This document shows, one piece after another, positions 47,119-57,812 of a DNA stretch of 64,000 nucleotides. Positions within the stretch are counted from its first letter, which is position 1, and the number at the start of each line of letters is the position of its first letter. The stretch covers positions 8,981-72,980 of the forward strand of contig CAJOQT010000020.1 in the NCBI GenBank assembly GCA_905236875.1, in the 5' to 3' direction. The notes under the pieces were generated by a model, which saw nothing but the letters and a program-made list of their open reading frames with translations, had not been told where the DNA came from and did no database searches. The position numbers were made by a program, and so were the translations under genes. This stretch comes from an uncultured Prevotella sp. (lineage in GTDB: Bacteria; Bacteroidota; Bacteroidia; Bacteroidales; Bacteroidaceae).

Positions 47119-49377
47119 TCAGGCATTGATAAGGCTGTCGATGGCATCCTGCTCACCGACGACCCAGATGATGTCGCCAGCACGGAACTTACGGGAGGGC
47201 TTGACGGGTGAGAGGTTTTCCTCACCCTCTTCCAGACCGACCACCATACAACTGTAGATGGAACGGATGCCACTTTGTTCCAGTGTCTTGTTGACAAAGG
47301 GACTGGTGGCGGAGATGACGATTTGGTGAAGCTTCATCTCACGCTGTTCGAAGTTCAGGTCTTCGCCGAATACCTCTTTCTGAACGGCCTGACCAAAGGC
47401 TGCCAGCTGTTGGTCGGAACCGATGACCTGTATCTTGTCGCCTGGGAAGATGAGGTAGTCGCCGTCGGGAATGTTCAGGCGGTGGTTGGCACGCAGGATG
47501 CTGCTGATGTGAACGCCGAACTTGCTGCCGAGCTCTAACTGTCGCAGGGTATGTCCCATCCATCGGGAGTTCATGGGAATGTCGAAATCGACCATGTGGA
47601 CGTCACGGTCGAGCAACCGTCCCTCATAGAGTGGACGCTTGCTGCCACGAACCTGTGCTGCAATGTCGCGTGAGCGGAGGTTGTTGATGAACATCCGTTC
47701 GAGTCGGATGCTGCTTCGCTTGATGCCTCTTGATGCGACTATCAGCCCCACGATGATGACTCCTGCGGTGATGATGATGGCACGGGCGAAGTGGCTCAGG
47801 TGGTGGCAGATGTAGAATACGAAGGTGATGGCAATGAGTACGCGTATCAGGATGGTGAGCAACAGCGGTATCTGGTTGCGTCCCGTCTCTGCCCACAGGG
47901 CCTTGAACTCCTCGCTATGGTTCTTTTTCATGATCATTGCCCGCAGGAATGGAGAGATGAACAGCACCGTCAGGACACCCGTCAGTGCATTGGGATACCA
48001 TTGTTCCCCTCCTCCAGGCAACAGCTTGCAGAAGAACGGATGCACGAAGGTGAACATGATGAAGATGACAGCGATGGTGAGGATGGAATAGACGACCGTG
48101 TTCATGGTCATCTGGACAAGCAGACGCTTCCACAGACTCTGCTTGTTGGTGTTGGCGCGGTTTGTGGAGAAGTAGTTCAGCGCATGGATGAGTCTGTTGG
48201 GTAGCCGGCGCTCCAAGGCTCCTGACGCAGGAACCGACAGACGGATCATGTAGGGTGTGAGGAAGGTGGTGATGACGGAAACGGCCACCACGACCGGGTA
48301 GAGGAAGTCGCTGATGACACCCAGCGAGAGACCCAGCGAGGCAATGATAAACGAGAACTCACCGATCTGTGCCATCGAAAAGCCGCAGCGTACTGCCGAC
48401 CGCAGCGACTCGCCGCCCAGCATGAAGGCTAACGTGCCGAAGATGCTCTGACCTATCAGGATGGTCAGTACCAGTGCGGCAATGGGCAGCGCGTATGTTA
48501 CAAGTATGTCGGGATCGACCAGCATGCCTACGGAAACGAAGAAGACGGCTCCAAACAGGTTCTTGACGGGTTCTATGAGCTTCTCGATGCGCTCGGCCTC
48601 TACCGTCTCGGCCAGGATGCTGCCCATGATGAAGGCTCCGAAGGCCGAAGAGAATCCTACCTTGGTGGAGAATACCGCCATCGCACAGCACAGTCCCAAG
48701 GAGACGACGAGCAGTACCTCGCTGTTGATGAGCTTGCGGACGGAGCGCAGGAACAGCGGGATGGCGAAGATACCCACCACGAGCCACAGGATGAGGAAGA
48801 AACCGATCTTGATGATGGAGTTGAGCATCTGACCGCCGTCAGGACTCTTGCCGCTGGCGATGGCCGACAGCATCACCATCATGACGATGGCGAGGATGTC
48901 CTCGAGGATGAGCACGCTCATCACCATTCCCGCGAATTTCTGTTCCCTCAGCCCCAGGTCGTCGAATGCCTTGTAGATAATGGTAGTCGAAGACATGGCC
49001 AGCATACCGCCCAGGAAGATACAGTCCATTTCGGACCATCCGAAGACATGGCCGACGACAATGCCGAGCATGGACATGGCAAAGATGATGCAAACGGTGG
49101 AGATGATGGGCGACACTCCCATCTTTAGTATTTTCTTGAACGAGAAATCGAGACCCAGCGAGAACAGCAGGAACATCACGCCGATGTCTGCCCACATTTG
49201 AATGTTCTCCGTGTCAAGGACCGATGTGGTATAGGGCATGTGGGGCGATACGAGGAAACCTGCAACGATATAGCCTAATACGAGTGGCTGACGCAGCTTC
49301 TTGAATATCAGCGTCACGATGCCTGCTACGATGAGCATCAGTGCCAGGTCGTTTATCAAAGGTGCAATGGTTGCCAT
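47119..49377 (-). CDS. CPA2 cation:proton antiporter with two C-terminal TrkA-C (RCK_C) domains
   Basis: QPLVLGYIVAG, GVMFLLFSLGLDF, MSSTTII, LILEDI, AQIGEFSFIIA. Confidence 0.92.
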   Translation of the reverse strand: MATIAPLINDLALMLIVAGIVTLIFKKLRQPLVLGYIVAGFLVSPHMPYTTSVLDTENIQMWADIGVMFLLFSLGLDFSFKKILKMGVSPIISTVCIIFAMSMLGIVVGHVFGWSEMDCIFLGGMLAMSSTTIIYKAFDDLGLREQKFAGMVMSVLILEDILAIVMMVMLSAIASGKSPDGGQMLNSIIKIGFFLILWLVVGIFAIPLFLRSVRKLINSEVLLVVSLGLCCAMAVFSTKVGFSSAFGAFIMGSILAETVEAERIEKLIEPVKNLFGAVFFVSVGMLVDPDILVTYALPIAALVLTILIGQSIFGTLAFMLGGESLRSAVRCGFSMAQIGEFSFIIASLGLSLGVISDFLYPVVVAVSVITTFLTPYMIRLSVPASGALERRLPNRLIHALNYFSTNRANTNKQSLWKRLLVQMTMNTVVYSILTIAVIFIMFTFVHPFFCKLLPGGGEQWYPNALTGVLTVLFISPFLRAMIMKKNHSEEFKALWAETGRNQIPLLLTILIRVLIAITFVFYICHHLSHFARAIIITAGVIIVGLIVASRGIKRSSIRLERMFINNLRSRDIAAQVRGSKRPLYEGRLLDRDVHMVDFDIPMNSRWMGHTLRQLELGSKFGVHISSILRANHRLNIPDGDYLIFPGDKIQVIGSDQQLAAFGQAVQKEVFGEDLNFEQREMKLHQIVISATSPFVNKTLEQSGIRSIYSCMVVGLEEGEENLSPVKPSRKFRAGDIIWVVGEQDAIDSLINA

Positions 49378-49386
49378 ATCTTCACT

Positions 49387-52290
49387 TTAATACCATTGTA
49401 CAGCATTTGAGTAGCTGCTTCGCTTGTCATACTTCAGGGCATCGGTCAGCGTGGCGGCATTGCAGCGGAACGAGAAGTCGTAGCTGGTGTAGGGGGACAG
49501 GACGAGCGAGCATGTCATGCTGAAGCAGTGCAGGTCGCGTGACAGTGAGGCGGTGGTCATGGAAATCTTCTTGTTGTCGAAGTCATAGCCGGACGTGAAG
49601 TTGATGTTCCAGCCTTCCGAGAGGCGTATGTTGCCGCTTACGTTTAGCGTCTGTGTAATCTTATAGGGATAGCGCATCGTGTTGTAGTTGAACTTTCCGG
49701 CCGTGTTCTCACGCACACTGATGCCATAGCCGAAGCTCAGCGACCACGGCATGTTGAAAGCCAGATAGCCGTCTTCGTCTGTTTCCGCCTTTTCGGCCGG
49801 ATTGTTGCGTGCTCCGCGCTTTCCCTTCTGCATTACATTGTCGATGTTGGGTTCCAGTTCGTCATCAGAGTTGTCGTCGTCTTCCTCGTCGTCATCCTTG
49901 TTTCCTTTTTCCACCTTCTCTCCCCTGAGCCACTTGAAGAAGTTGGCCACCTTCGTGTTGTCGAGAGTGTAGGAGATGTTCTGTGAGATGCTCTGGAAGC
50001 GTCCCCACTTTCCCTGTTGCCAGTATGTCGTGTGCTCGCTCTCATGAGGCTGCGCTCCTACCGAGTCGGCCTCATATACATAGCTGGCGAACGTCGTGCT
50101 CAGGTTCAGCGTATAGCTCTTCGTGAGTTTTATTCTCAGACTGGTGCTTAAGGCACTCAACGGCCTCACCTTCGCGGCCAGATCGTAGGACATACCCAGG
50201 TGCAGGTCGTCAATCAGGCTGATCTTCTTGAAACCAGTCGAGTCGGCATCGCTCTTGACCTTCATCTCCACGTTGTTGCTGACATCAAACGAGATACGTC
50301 CCTGCATGCCTTTGCTCGGCGCACCATAGAGCAGGTTGCTGTAGGGCGAGTATTCCACCAGCGACACGTTGCCGTCGGCATCCGTCTTCTGGTACGTTGT
50401 CCAGTAGCCGTAGCGGTCGGCTCCGAAGTCGGGCCTGTAGCTGAAGCTGACGGTGGGCGTGATGACGTGACGGATGGCTTGTATCTTGTCGCCGAAGAGC
50501 TTGCGGTTTGGCACGAAGAATCCGTAGAGCTTGGTCGATAGCGACATGCCAAGGCTCCAGTCATAGACGTTGTAGAAGCCGTTGACCGTGTCCGACACCT
50601 CTTCTTGTCGGGCGGTGTTCCACGATTTTTCGATACGGTTGGAGTACATACGGTCGGTGAAGTCGAACGACGGCGTGATGTTCACCACGTCAAAGAGCGT
50701 GAAGTTCGCCTTGATGGGTATCTTGTGCTGCATGCCGTTGCGCCAGTCCTTTGTCAGACTGCTGTGCAACAGCTTGTCTTCCTTCGTCGTGATGGTATTG
50801 CTGAACTGTCCCGTATAGCTTACCGAGATTTTCTCATACCAGCGTTCCTCGCCAGCCATCTTCTTGCGTCGGAAGGGGTAGAAGGTTGCCACGTTGACGT
50901 TCAGGTCAGGCAGTGTCAGCGCGATGGTCGTGTCACGCATGAACTGGTTCAGGTTGAACGTCGAGGAGATGGTCATGCCGAGACTCGAGAACCTCGTGCT
51001 CCAGCTCACTGACGACGTTCGCGTTGACTGCGTCAAGGCCTGTGGGTTGTACATGGATGACAGGTTGTTGCGCTCAAACGAGCTGGTGGCAAAGTTCACC
51101 CTCGCCGTCAACGTGCTATAGGGATTGGCCTTCGAGTCCTGCGTATGTGACCAGTTGATCTTGAAACTCGTGGTCTTCTGGTAGTCGTCCATGTTCTTCT
51201 CGCCATACACCGTGTTCTGGTAACTCACCAGGAACGAGCCGTTGTACTTGTAGCGCTTGCGGTAATTGGAGGATGCCGAAACGCCCCATGAGCCCTTGGT
51301 GTAGATTTCTCCGATCAGCTTCAGATCCATCTTGTCGGAGATGGCAAAATAGTAGCCGCCGTCGCGCAGGTAGAAGCCGCGTGATGTCTCGTCACCATAG
51401 GTGGGCATGATGAGGCCGCTGCTGTAGCTCTTCGTGAAGGGAAAGAAACCGTAGGGTATGGCAAAGGGCAACGGCACGTCACACACCACCAGATAGGCAG
51501 GACCGAATACCACGTCCTTGCCAGGACGTACCTTGGCACGCGACAGGGCCAGGTAGAAGTCGGGATGTGCCTGATCGCAGGTGGTGTAGCGGCCATGCTG
51601 CAAGTATAGCTCGCCGTTGGCACCACGCTTTGCAAGCTCCGACGTCAGGAATCCCTCGTCCTGCTGTGTATAGACACCGCTGATGAGACCTTTCTTCGTC
51701 TTGAAGTTAAACGACATCGTGTCGTTCTCGTAGGTGTCACTGCCCATTTTGAACACAGGCGTGCCGCTCACCACACCCAGGGAGTCCGAGGTCGATGTGG
51801 CATGCACCAGGCTCGAGTCCATATTCATATAGATATGGTTACTCGTCAGTTCCATGTTCTCATACTTTACGTTTGCTGAGCCGTACAGGTGCGCTGTTCC
51901 CGTAGCGGCAATATAGATCATTGAGTCGGTAGCACTGTATTCCACGGGAGCATCAATACCTTTCTTCTGCTCACGGTTCAGGCTGTCCAGACGCAACGAG
52001 TCGTCAATGGCCTTGTTACGTTTGTAGATAAGCAGCTGCAACGAGTCCATCTGTGTGGTATCGACCTCCATAACCTCCTCCCTGATGGGCAAGGTGTCGG
52101 GAATCTCTGTCAGTTCCGCTTCTTCTGGGAGGGTAGGGGGCTCCACCGTGTCAATTACACAATAATCCCCTTGCACCTCATGGTTGTCAGGAATGTCCTG
52201 AGATACCTGCAAGAGCCGCAAGGAAGGTATTTCCGCCATGACAAAAACCATGACGAAAAGTAGTGTAAATATGAGCGTTTTTCTTCTCAC
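49387..52290 (-). CDS. lptD: Putative LPS-assembly protein LptD (Bacteroidetes type)
   Basis: OstA-like N-domain (YSATDS..LYG.A.V.Y), YTTCD..HP.FY, GLIMPTYG, RDLHCF C-terminus; GTG start. Confidence 0.82.
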   Translation of the reverse strand: MRRKTLIFTLLFVMVFVMAEIPSLRLLQVSQDIPDNHEVQGDYCVIDTVEPPTLPEEAELTEIPDTLPIREEVMEVDTTQMDSLQLLIYKRNKAIDDSLRLDSLNREQKKGIDAPVEYSATDSMIYIAATGTAHLYGSANVKYENMELTSNHIYMNMDSSLVHATSTSDSLGVVSGTPVFKMGSDTYENDTMSFNFKTKKGLISGVYTQQDEGFLTSELAKRGANGELYLQHGRYTTCDQAHPDFYLALSRAKVRPGKDVVFGPAYLVVCDVPLPFAIPYGFFPFTKSYSSGLIMPTYGDETSRGFYLRDGGYYFAISDKMDLKLIGEIYTKGSWGVSASSNYRKRYKYNGSFLVSYQNTVYGEKNMDDYQKTTSFKINWSHTQDSKANPYSTLTARVNFATSSFERNNLSSMYNPQALTQSTRTSSVSWSTRFSSLGMTISSTFNLNQFMRDTTIALTLPDLNVNVATFYPFRRKKMAGEERWYEKISVSYTGQFSNTITTKEDKLLHSSLTKDWRNGMQHKIPIKANFTLFDVVNITPSFDFTDRMYSNRIEKSWNTARQEEVSDTVNGFYNVYDWSLGMSLSTKLYGFFVPNRKLFGDKIQAIRHVITPTVSFSYRPDFGADRYGYWTTYQKTDADGNVSLVEYSPYSNLLYGAPSKGMQGRISFDVSNNVEMKVKSDADSTGFKKISLIDDLHLGMSYDLAAKVRPLSALSTSLRIKLTKSYTLNLSTTFASYVYEADSVGAQPHESEHTTYWQQGKWGRFQSISQNISYTLDNTKVANFFKWLRGEKVEKGNKDDDEEDDDNSDDELEPNIDNVMQKGKRGARNNPAEKAETDEDGYLAFNMPWSLSFGYGISVRENTAGKFNYNTMRYPYKITQTLNVSGNIRLSEGWNINFTSGYDFDNKKISMTTASLSRDLHCFSMTCSLVLSPYTSYDFSFRCNAATLTDALKYDKRSSYSNAVQWY

Positions 52291-52311
52291 GGCTGCAAAG
52301 GTAATAAAAAA

Positions 52312-52437
52312 AAGTGAAGAGTAAAGAGTGAAGAGTGAAGAATTTGCTGTCGCTCACAACTATTTAACTTTTTTACAACATCTCACTCGTCACTTATCAC
52401 TTGTTTCTTATCACTTGTTACTTGTCACTCATCACTT
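52312..52437. repeat. GTGAAGA heptamer array with AATTTGCTGTCGC tail, then TCACTTG-type heptamer array
   Basis: gtgaagagtaaagagtgaagagtgaagaatttgctgtcgc; tcactcg tcactta tcacttg tttctta tcacttg ttacttg tcactca tcacttc. Confidence 0.75.
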
Positions 52438-53011
52438 CAAACTTCTCCGCCCATGCCAGGAAGCGCTTCACCCCTTCCTCGCCGAACTTCTGCAGCGACT
52501 GGGCTGCCTGTTCCACCGTCTTCTCCTGGTCAGGGCGTGACTTCGAGTAGAACTTGTCTGCATAGCAGATGAGCTGTTCCTCCAGCGTTTCAGGCAGGAA
52601 GTCCCGAGGCGGCAGCGGCAAGCCCTGCCGTTCTATCTCCTCCTTCGTGATGCCTGCTCCCGTATGCCGCTCACAGACACGCGCCAGTGCCTCCTTTGCT
52701 CCGGGGGACTGTGGGAGTATCTTTTCTGCGAGGGACTGTGGGAGGTTCCTTATCAGTTCCGCCCCAATCATGCCGTGCCTGATGTACGGCTCCGTACCTT
52801 GACAGAAAATGCCTGGCGCATCACAGCGGAACACGCCGATGTCGTGCAACATGGCCGCTGCCTCCAGAAACTCACGGTCCACATGCCACTCCGGATGCTT
52901 GCCGGCTATCAGTAACGCACGCTGTGCCACCTGGCGGCTGTGCTTCAGCAACAGCTGTCGCAAGTCATTATCCTCTGGATAATAGCTATAGATGATAGAA
53001 AGATAGTCCAT
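52418..53011 (-). CDS. HD-domain phosphohydrolase
   Basis: HS..VA, AAMLHDIG, H...GA, RHTG, EEQLICYADKF. Confidence 0.9.
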   Translation of the reverse strand: MDYLSIIYSYYPEDNDLRQLLLKHSRQVAQRALLIAGKHPEWHVDREFLEAAAMLHDIGVFRCDAPGIFCQGTEPYIRHGMIGAELIRNLPQSLAEKILPQSPGAKEALARVCERHTGAGITKEEIERQGLPLPPRDFLPETLEEQLICYADKFYSKSRPDQEKTVEQAAQSLQKFGEEGVKRFLAWAEKFEVMSDK

Positions 53012-53022
53012 TCCCTGAATTT

Positions 53023-55428
53023 TTATCTCTTGATGAGCCGTACACCATAGATCTCGCCAATCTGCCTGCAGGGCTTGGCCACGAACTTCACGCGAACCTG
53101 TGACTTTCCCTGTAGCAGCTCGGTGGGGATGTCGTATGTCTCGTAGATGAACTTGGAGATACGGTACTTGCCGGTGTTGTTGACGCTGGTCAGCAGCTGG
53201 TCGTCAATGAAGATGTCGAACTCGTGCGACTTCCACTCACCCACGCCCCAGTACTGCAGGCGCAGTGTAAGGTCGGTGTTGCCGCCTGTCTGCATCAGGT
53301 AGCTGAAGTAGTGACCGTCACGGGCATCGCGGAAGAATACGTCGTTGGTGTTTCCTGTAAACGAAGCGTCGGTCTCCATAAAATGGTCGCTCTCAGGCTG
53401 CTGCTCGCCGGGCTGTACCTTGTCCGTAGTGCTGGCCTCGAGTGCCTGGCGCTCCTGCTCCTCTCTGGCCAGATTGTCGAGATAGCCTTGGTAGTTGTCT
53501 TCTGATAGTGCCAGCCAGTACATCATGTAACGCGCATCGTGCAACTCGAAGAAAGGCATCAGTTCGGATTGGGAATCATAGCCGGCAGTAGCCCAATTCT
53601 CAATCTTCAATTTCCCGTTCCCCATATCAAAAGTGAAGTGTAGCGGCTTGCCGGCCACAGGCCGTAGCTGGTTGGCAATGCCTTCGATATCGTTATTGAT
53701 GAGTATCGGTGCCTCGTTGATGGGCAGTTTCTTGCCTACGGCCAACTGTCCGAAACGGCTGTCGTCGGCTATCAGCATGGCAAGGTCTTCCGTGCCTGTC
53801 TTCATGGCCAGCATGACCGGACCATGCATCAGGGCGATATACTGCGACAGGTTGGGCATGTACCTTACGCTGTTGTGCATGGGGAAATGGATATCGACCA
53901 CATCGCCCTTCTTCCACTGACGCTCGATGGCGACATACGACGACGGTCCCGTCACAATCTCAACAGGCTGACCATTCACCTTCACCGAGAACTCGCCCGG
54001 CTTCACCCACCCCGGATAGCGCACCTGAAGGGCAAACTTACCCTTGCCCTTGGTCATCGTGATGCGGCTGCTCTCACGATAGGGGAAGCCGGTCTCCTGC
54101 TTCAGTATGATACCCTTCTCCTTCCAGTTCAGTTCCGATGCCACGAAGAGGTTGACGAAGAGGGCGTCGCCCCTGTGGGTATATACAAACTGTCCATACT
54201 TGCCGTGGTTCTCCATACCCGTTCCCACACAGCACCACATGGCCTCGTTGGGGGCGGAGTAGTTGCGGTAGTGGCGCGGACGGGCAGAGGTGAAATACAC
54301 GTAGCCGCCATGTTCGGGATGCTGCGAGGAGAGGATATGGTTGAAGGTCGCCAGCTCGTAGTAGTCGGCATAGCGTGCCTCCGGGTTGCGGCGGTGCATG
54401 TCTTCGGTGAGTTTCAGCATGTTGTTGGTGTTACAGGTCTCAGGACCATCGATATCCACGACAAAGTCCTGACATGCCTCACGGCTGGGGAAGTGCTCGC
54501 GACGGCTGTTTCCGCCGAAGGCAAGCGACCGCTCGCCCGTCACGATGTCCCAGAAGAAGCTGGCTGCGTTATGGTAGCTCTCGTCGCCGGAGAGTTCGCT
54601 GATACGCTCGAAACCCACCACCTTGGGCACCTGCGTGTTGGCATGCATGTTGTCCAGACAATCACGGCGCTGCGACAAAGGAGTCAGCAGCCGTCGGTGT
54701 GAGAAACGTTTCGCCACGTCAAGGTATTTCCTGTCGCCCGTCATGGCGTAGGCATCCACCAGTACCTCGTTCATGCCGCCGTGCTCCGTGTCCAGGATAC
54801 GCTCCATCTGCACGTCCGAAAGGCTTGCCGTCAGGTCGATGGCCCAGTCGCAGAAACCCAGGAAAAGCTCCCTGGCCTGCTCGTTGCCGCAGTAGAGCCA
54901 CGCATCGCGCAGTCCGGCATACATCTTATGAATATTATAGAAAGGAACCCACGCACCGTAGTAGGCACCGAAGTCGCCTTTCTTGAAGTTGCCCCACACA
55001 CGGTCACTGCCTGGCACACCGCCCACATAGCCCTTACCCCAGTCGGGGTGGTTCCGGGCATTGGCATCGGCACAGCGTTGCAGCTCACTGATGAAGTAGT
55101 CCATGCGCTGACGACACTCCTCACTGCCGGTGGCGGCATTGATGGCCATCGCCGTCAGGTAGTGGCCGCCCACGTGACCGTCCAGACCGTCCCAGTTGGG
55201 ATATGACTTGCCTTTCGGCGTCAGGCCGGCCTCCTTCAGATAGGGTGCCAGCAGACGGTCGCAGTCGTATTTCAACAGCGTCTTGATGTTCAGGTCGCGA
55301 GCCTTCTTCAGCGGACCGTCCAATAAGGTGACGTCACCAAGGGGAAACTCATCGGCATACAACTTGTCTTGTGCGTTGCTGGCCACCACAGTAGCGGCCA
55401 CGCAAAGTGATAATAAGATTCTCTTCAT
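53023..55428 (-). CDS. Glycoside hydrolase family 127/146 (beta-L-arabinofuranosidase-like)
   Basis: Signal MKRILLSLC; GHVGGHYL, EHGGMNE, HANTQVPK, ETCNTNNMLKL, WCCVGTGME. Confidence 0.88.
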   Translation of the reverse strand: MKRILLSLCVAATVVASNAQDKLYADEFPLGDVTLLDGPLKKARDLNIKTLLKYDCDRLLAPYLKEAGLTPKGKSYPNWDGLDGHVGGHYLTAMAINAATGSEECRQRMDYFISELQRCADANARNHPDWGKGYVGGVPGSDRVWGNFKKGDFGAYYGAWVPFYNIHKMYAGLRDAWLYCGNEQARELFLGFCDWAIDLTASLSDVQMERILDTEHGGMNEVLVDAYAMTGDRKYLDVAKRFSHRRLLTPLSQRRDCLDNMHANTQVPKVVGFERISELSGDESYHNAASFFWDIVTGERSLAFGGNSRREHFPSREACQDFVVDIDGPETCNTNNMLKLTEDMHRRNPEARYADYYELATFNHILSSQHPEHGGYVYFTSARPRHYRNYSAPNEAMWCCVGTGMENHGKYGQFVYTHRGDALFVNLFVASELNWKEKGIILKQETGFPYRESSRITMTKGKGKFALQVRYPGWVKPGEFSVKVNGQPVEIVTGPSSYVAIERQWKKGDVVDIHFPMHNSVRYMPNLSQYIALMHGPVMLAMKTGTEDLAMLIADDSRFGQLAVGKKLPINEAPILINNDIEGIANQLRPVAGKPLHFTFDMGNGKLKIENWATAGYDSQSELMPFFELHDARYMMYWLALSEDNYQGYLDNLAREEQERQALEASTTDKVQPGEQQPESDHFMETDASFTGNTNDVFFRDARDGHYFSYLMQTGGNTDLTLRLQYWGVGEWKSHEFDIFIDDQLLTSVNNTGKYRISKFIYETYDIPTELLQGKSQVRVKFVAKPCRQIGEIYGVRLIKR

Positions 55429-55534
55429 TTCTATCGTTCTTTTACAACTTTGTTGCAAAAGTAGTAAGAAATGACGAGAAAACCTACACTTTCAGAAATG
55501 TTTTGAGAAATATTAGGAATTTGCCTTTCTCTTC

Positions 55535-56248
55535 CTATTTGCCGATGTATTTCATTTCCAGATAGCGTTGGAAGGCCTCTTTGTACAGATCTCCGATGGG
55601 TAGCCACGTCTGCGCATCCATGATGATACGGTTCTTGCTCACCTCCTGAATCCTGTTCAGGTTGACGATATAGGAACGGTGTATGCGCATGAAGAAGTCA
55701 GGCAGACGCTCTTCCATCTTTTTCATCGACAACAGGGTGATGATGGGCTTCTGCTCGCCCTCGATCCATACCTTCAGGTACTCGCTCATTCCCTCGACAT
55801 AACGGATGTCGGAAATGCTGACCTTGACGATGCGATAGTCGGACTTGAGGAAAATCGTGTCGGAAGTATCCTCCATTTGTGAAACGTTGGAGAGCATTCT
55901 CTCCTTCAGCCTGTTTGCTGCTCGCAGGAAGTCCTGCATTCCGAAAGGCTTCAATAGGTAATCTACCGCATTGACCTTGAATCCCTCGACGGCATATTCT
56001 GAATAGGCAGTAGTGAAGACGACGAGGGGCGGCGAAACAAGCGACTTCACGAAATCCATGCCGCCCAGGTCGGGCATGTTGATGTCGCAGAAAATGGCAT
56101 CCACCGTGTCATTCTCCAGAAACTCACGTGCCTCCAGCGCACTCTGGCACTGGGCGGCCAGTTCGAGGAAAGGCACCTTACGGATATAGGCAACAATCTG
56201 TTGCAGAGCCAATGGCTCATCGTCGATAGCGAGACAACGGATATTCAT
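55535..56248 (-). CDS. LytTR-family response regulator
   Basis: IDDEPLA, DINMPD, FTTAY, DYLLKP receiver; FMRIHRSYIVN LytTR domain. Confidence 0.96.
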   Translation of the reverse strand: MNIRCLAIDDEPLALQQIVAYIRKVPFLELAAQCQSALEAREFLENDTVDAIFCDINMPDLGGMDFVKSLVSPPLVVFTTAYSEYAVEGFKVNAVDYLLKPFGMQDFLRAANRLKERMLSNVSQMEDTSDTIFLKSDYRIVKVSISDIRYVEGMSEYLKVWIEGEQKPIITLLSMKKMEERLPDFFMRIHRSYIVNLNRIQEVSKNRIIMDAQTWLPIGDLYKEAFQRYLEMKYIGK

Positions 56249-56270
56249 TTTATTCTTATTCTTTTATTCC

Positions 56271-57446
56271 TCACCTTTTAAGTGGAATCACCAGCTCAAC
56301 GGTGTAGATGTCGGGCGTGTCTTGAATACGGAGTGTATAGTCTTTGTCATAAAGCAGGTCCAGCCGCTTCCTGACGTTGGCAAGTCCCACGCCGCCCTTC
56401 TCCTCATTGGCCACGTCGGCCTTCGAATTGCGGCAGGTGAAATGAAGCTGAGAATCAGTAGCTTTAACGTCCTTCGTCCGGGCAGAGAGGTTCGAGAGTT
56501 CTGCCTTGATGTCGATGAACGACTCATGCTGGTAACTCACCCCATGCTTGAAGGCATTCTCGACAAACGAGATGAGCATCAGTGGGGGGATGGTGTTGTC
56601 GGGTACTTCAGAGGGCAGGTCGAGACAAATCCTGACCTTGTCGGTATAGCGCAGCTGCATCAGCTTGATGTAGGTACGCAGGAACTCAAATTCACGACTG
56701 AGTGGCACACCGTTCTTGTCGCCCTCATAGAGCAGAAAACGCATCATCTTCGACAGTTCCACGATGGTTTCCTGCGCCTTCTCCGGGTCGATATCGACGA
56801 GGGCGTGGATGTTGTTGAGCGTGTTCATGAAGAAATGCGGATTGATCTGGTAGCGCAGGTATTCCAGCTGTTGCTCCAGATTCTGCTTCTCCAGTTCCAC
56901 AAGCCGCTTCTGGTCGCTACGGCTGCGGAAGTAGAACTTCGTGCCCAGGTTGGCGCCAAACATCAGAAGGAGCACAACGACAGCCAGTATGTCATGCTCG
57001 CCGATGATGGGCGGCGGTCCGTCAGGACGGAAGTTACGGGGTGGCGGACTGTCGAAAGGTTCCTGACCGTCGAATTCCGCTGAAGGCCCGTGACTTTGTT
57101 CTGTTCGGGGTAGCTGACGGTGATTCCCGGGTCCCCCGTTGCCAGGACGGCTGCTGCACTGGAAGACAGTGAATCCCACGACAACCGCCATCACTACCGA
57201 CACGTATAGGACACGCTTATGCTTATACACCAGCAGCGGAGCCAGCAGGTAGTTGTGGACAAGAAACAGCAGCAGGAAGACCGCGAACTTACGCCATACG
57301 AGGAATACCTCTGTCCAGTCGAACACGATATTCGGATCGCTGACGGTACGTACATACAGGCTCAGCAGCGGGGCAGCAAACAGCAGTCCCCACACTACCA
57401 AGTATATCGTATTTTCCTGTTGCGACTGATGCTTCATCCAGTACAT
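56271..57446 (-). CDS. LytS/YehU-type sensor histidine kinase
   Basis: TM segments; LRYQINPHFFMNTLNNI, FVENAFKHG, GGVGL.NV.KRL. Confidence 0.95.
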   Translation of the reverse strand: MYWMKHQSQQENTIYLVVWGLLFAAPLLSLYVRTVSDPNIVFDWTEVFLVWRKFAVFLLLFLVHNYLLAPLLVYKHKRVLYVSVVMAVVVGFTVFQCSSRPGNGGPGNHRQLPRTEQSHGPSAEFDGQEPFDSPPPRNFRPDGPPPIIGEHDILAVVVLLLMFGANLGTKFYFRSRSDQKRLVELEKQNLEQQLEYLRYQINPHFFMNTLNNIHALVDIDPEKAQETIVELSKMMRFLLYEGDKNGVPLSREFEFLRTYIKLMQLRYTDKVRICLDLPSEVPDNTIPPLMLISFVENAFKHGVSYQHESFIDIKAELSNLSARTKDVKATDSQLHFTCRNSKADVANEEKGGVGLANVRKRLDLLYDKDYTLRIQDTPDIYTVELVIPLKR

Positions 57447-57477
57447 AGCCTTTTTAACCTATTTAGTTATTTTGCTG

Positions 57478-57509
57478 CAAAAGTAACGAGTCCCGCTCTT
57501 TTGGCCAAA
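57478..57509 (-). promoter_or_regulatory. Bacteroidetes sigma70 promoter (TTTG-N20-TACTTTTG) for the kinase/regulator operon
   Basis: caaaagta at 57478-57485 and caaa at 57506-57509 on the plus strand. Confidence 0.7.
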
Positions 57510-57812
57510 TTTATTCAGCCAACACCCTGTTTCATTCAGTGAACGGGGAGGACAGTTTCCTGTTTTTCAGCTTGCCTGCCTTCAACCCCTCTCCGCTGCA
57601 AAAGTACAAATAAAATCCCGAATTGGCGTATTGTTTTATCTTTTTTACCAACAAAAGCACATTGGATAATTCTTTTTTCGACAAATAAGACATTGTTTTC
57701 GTCCAAAATGTGTACCTTTGCCCAAACAACATAAAATAGGAGTACGGTATTACACCCGTTCCAATCATACAGGAATAAAAGCTAAGCAATCACTCATCAA
57801 AAAAACAAGACA

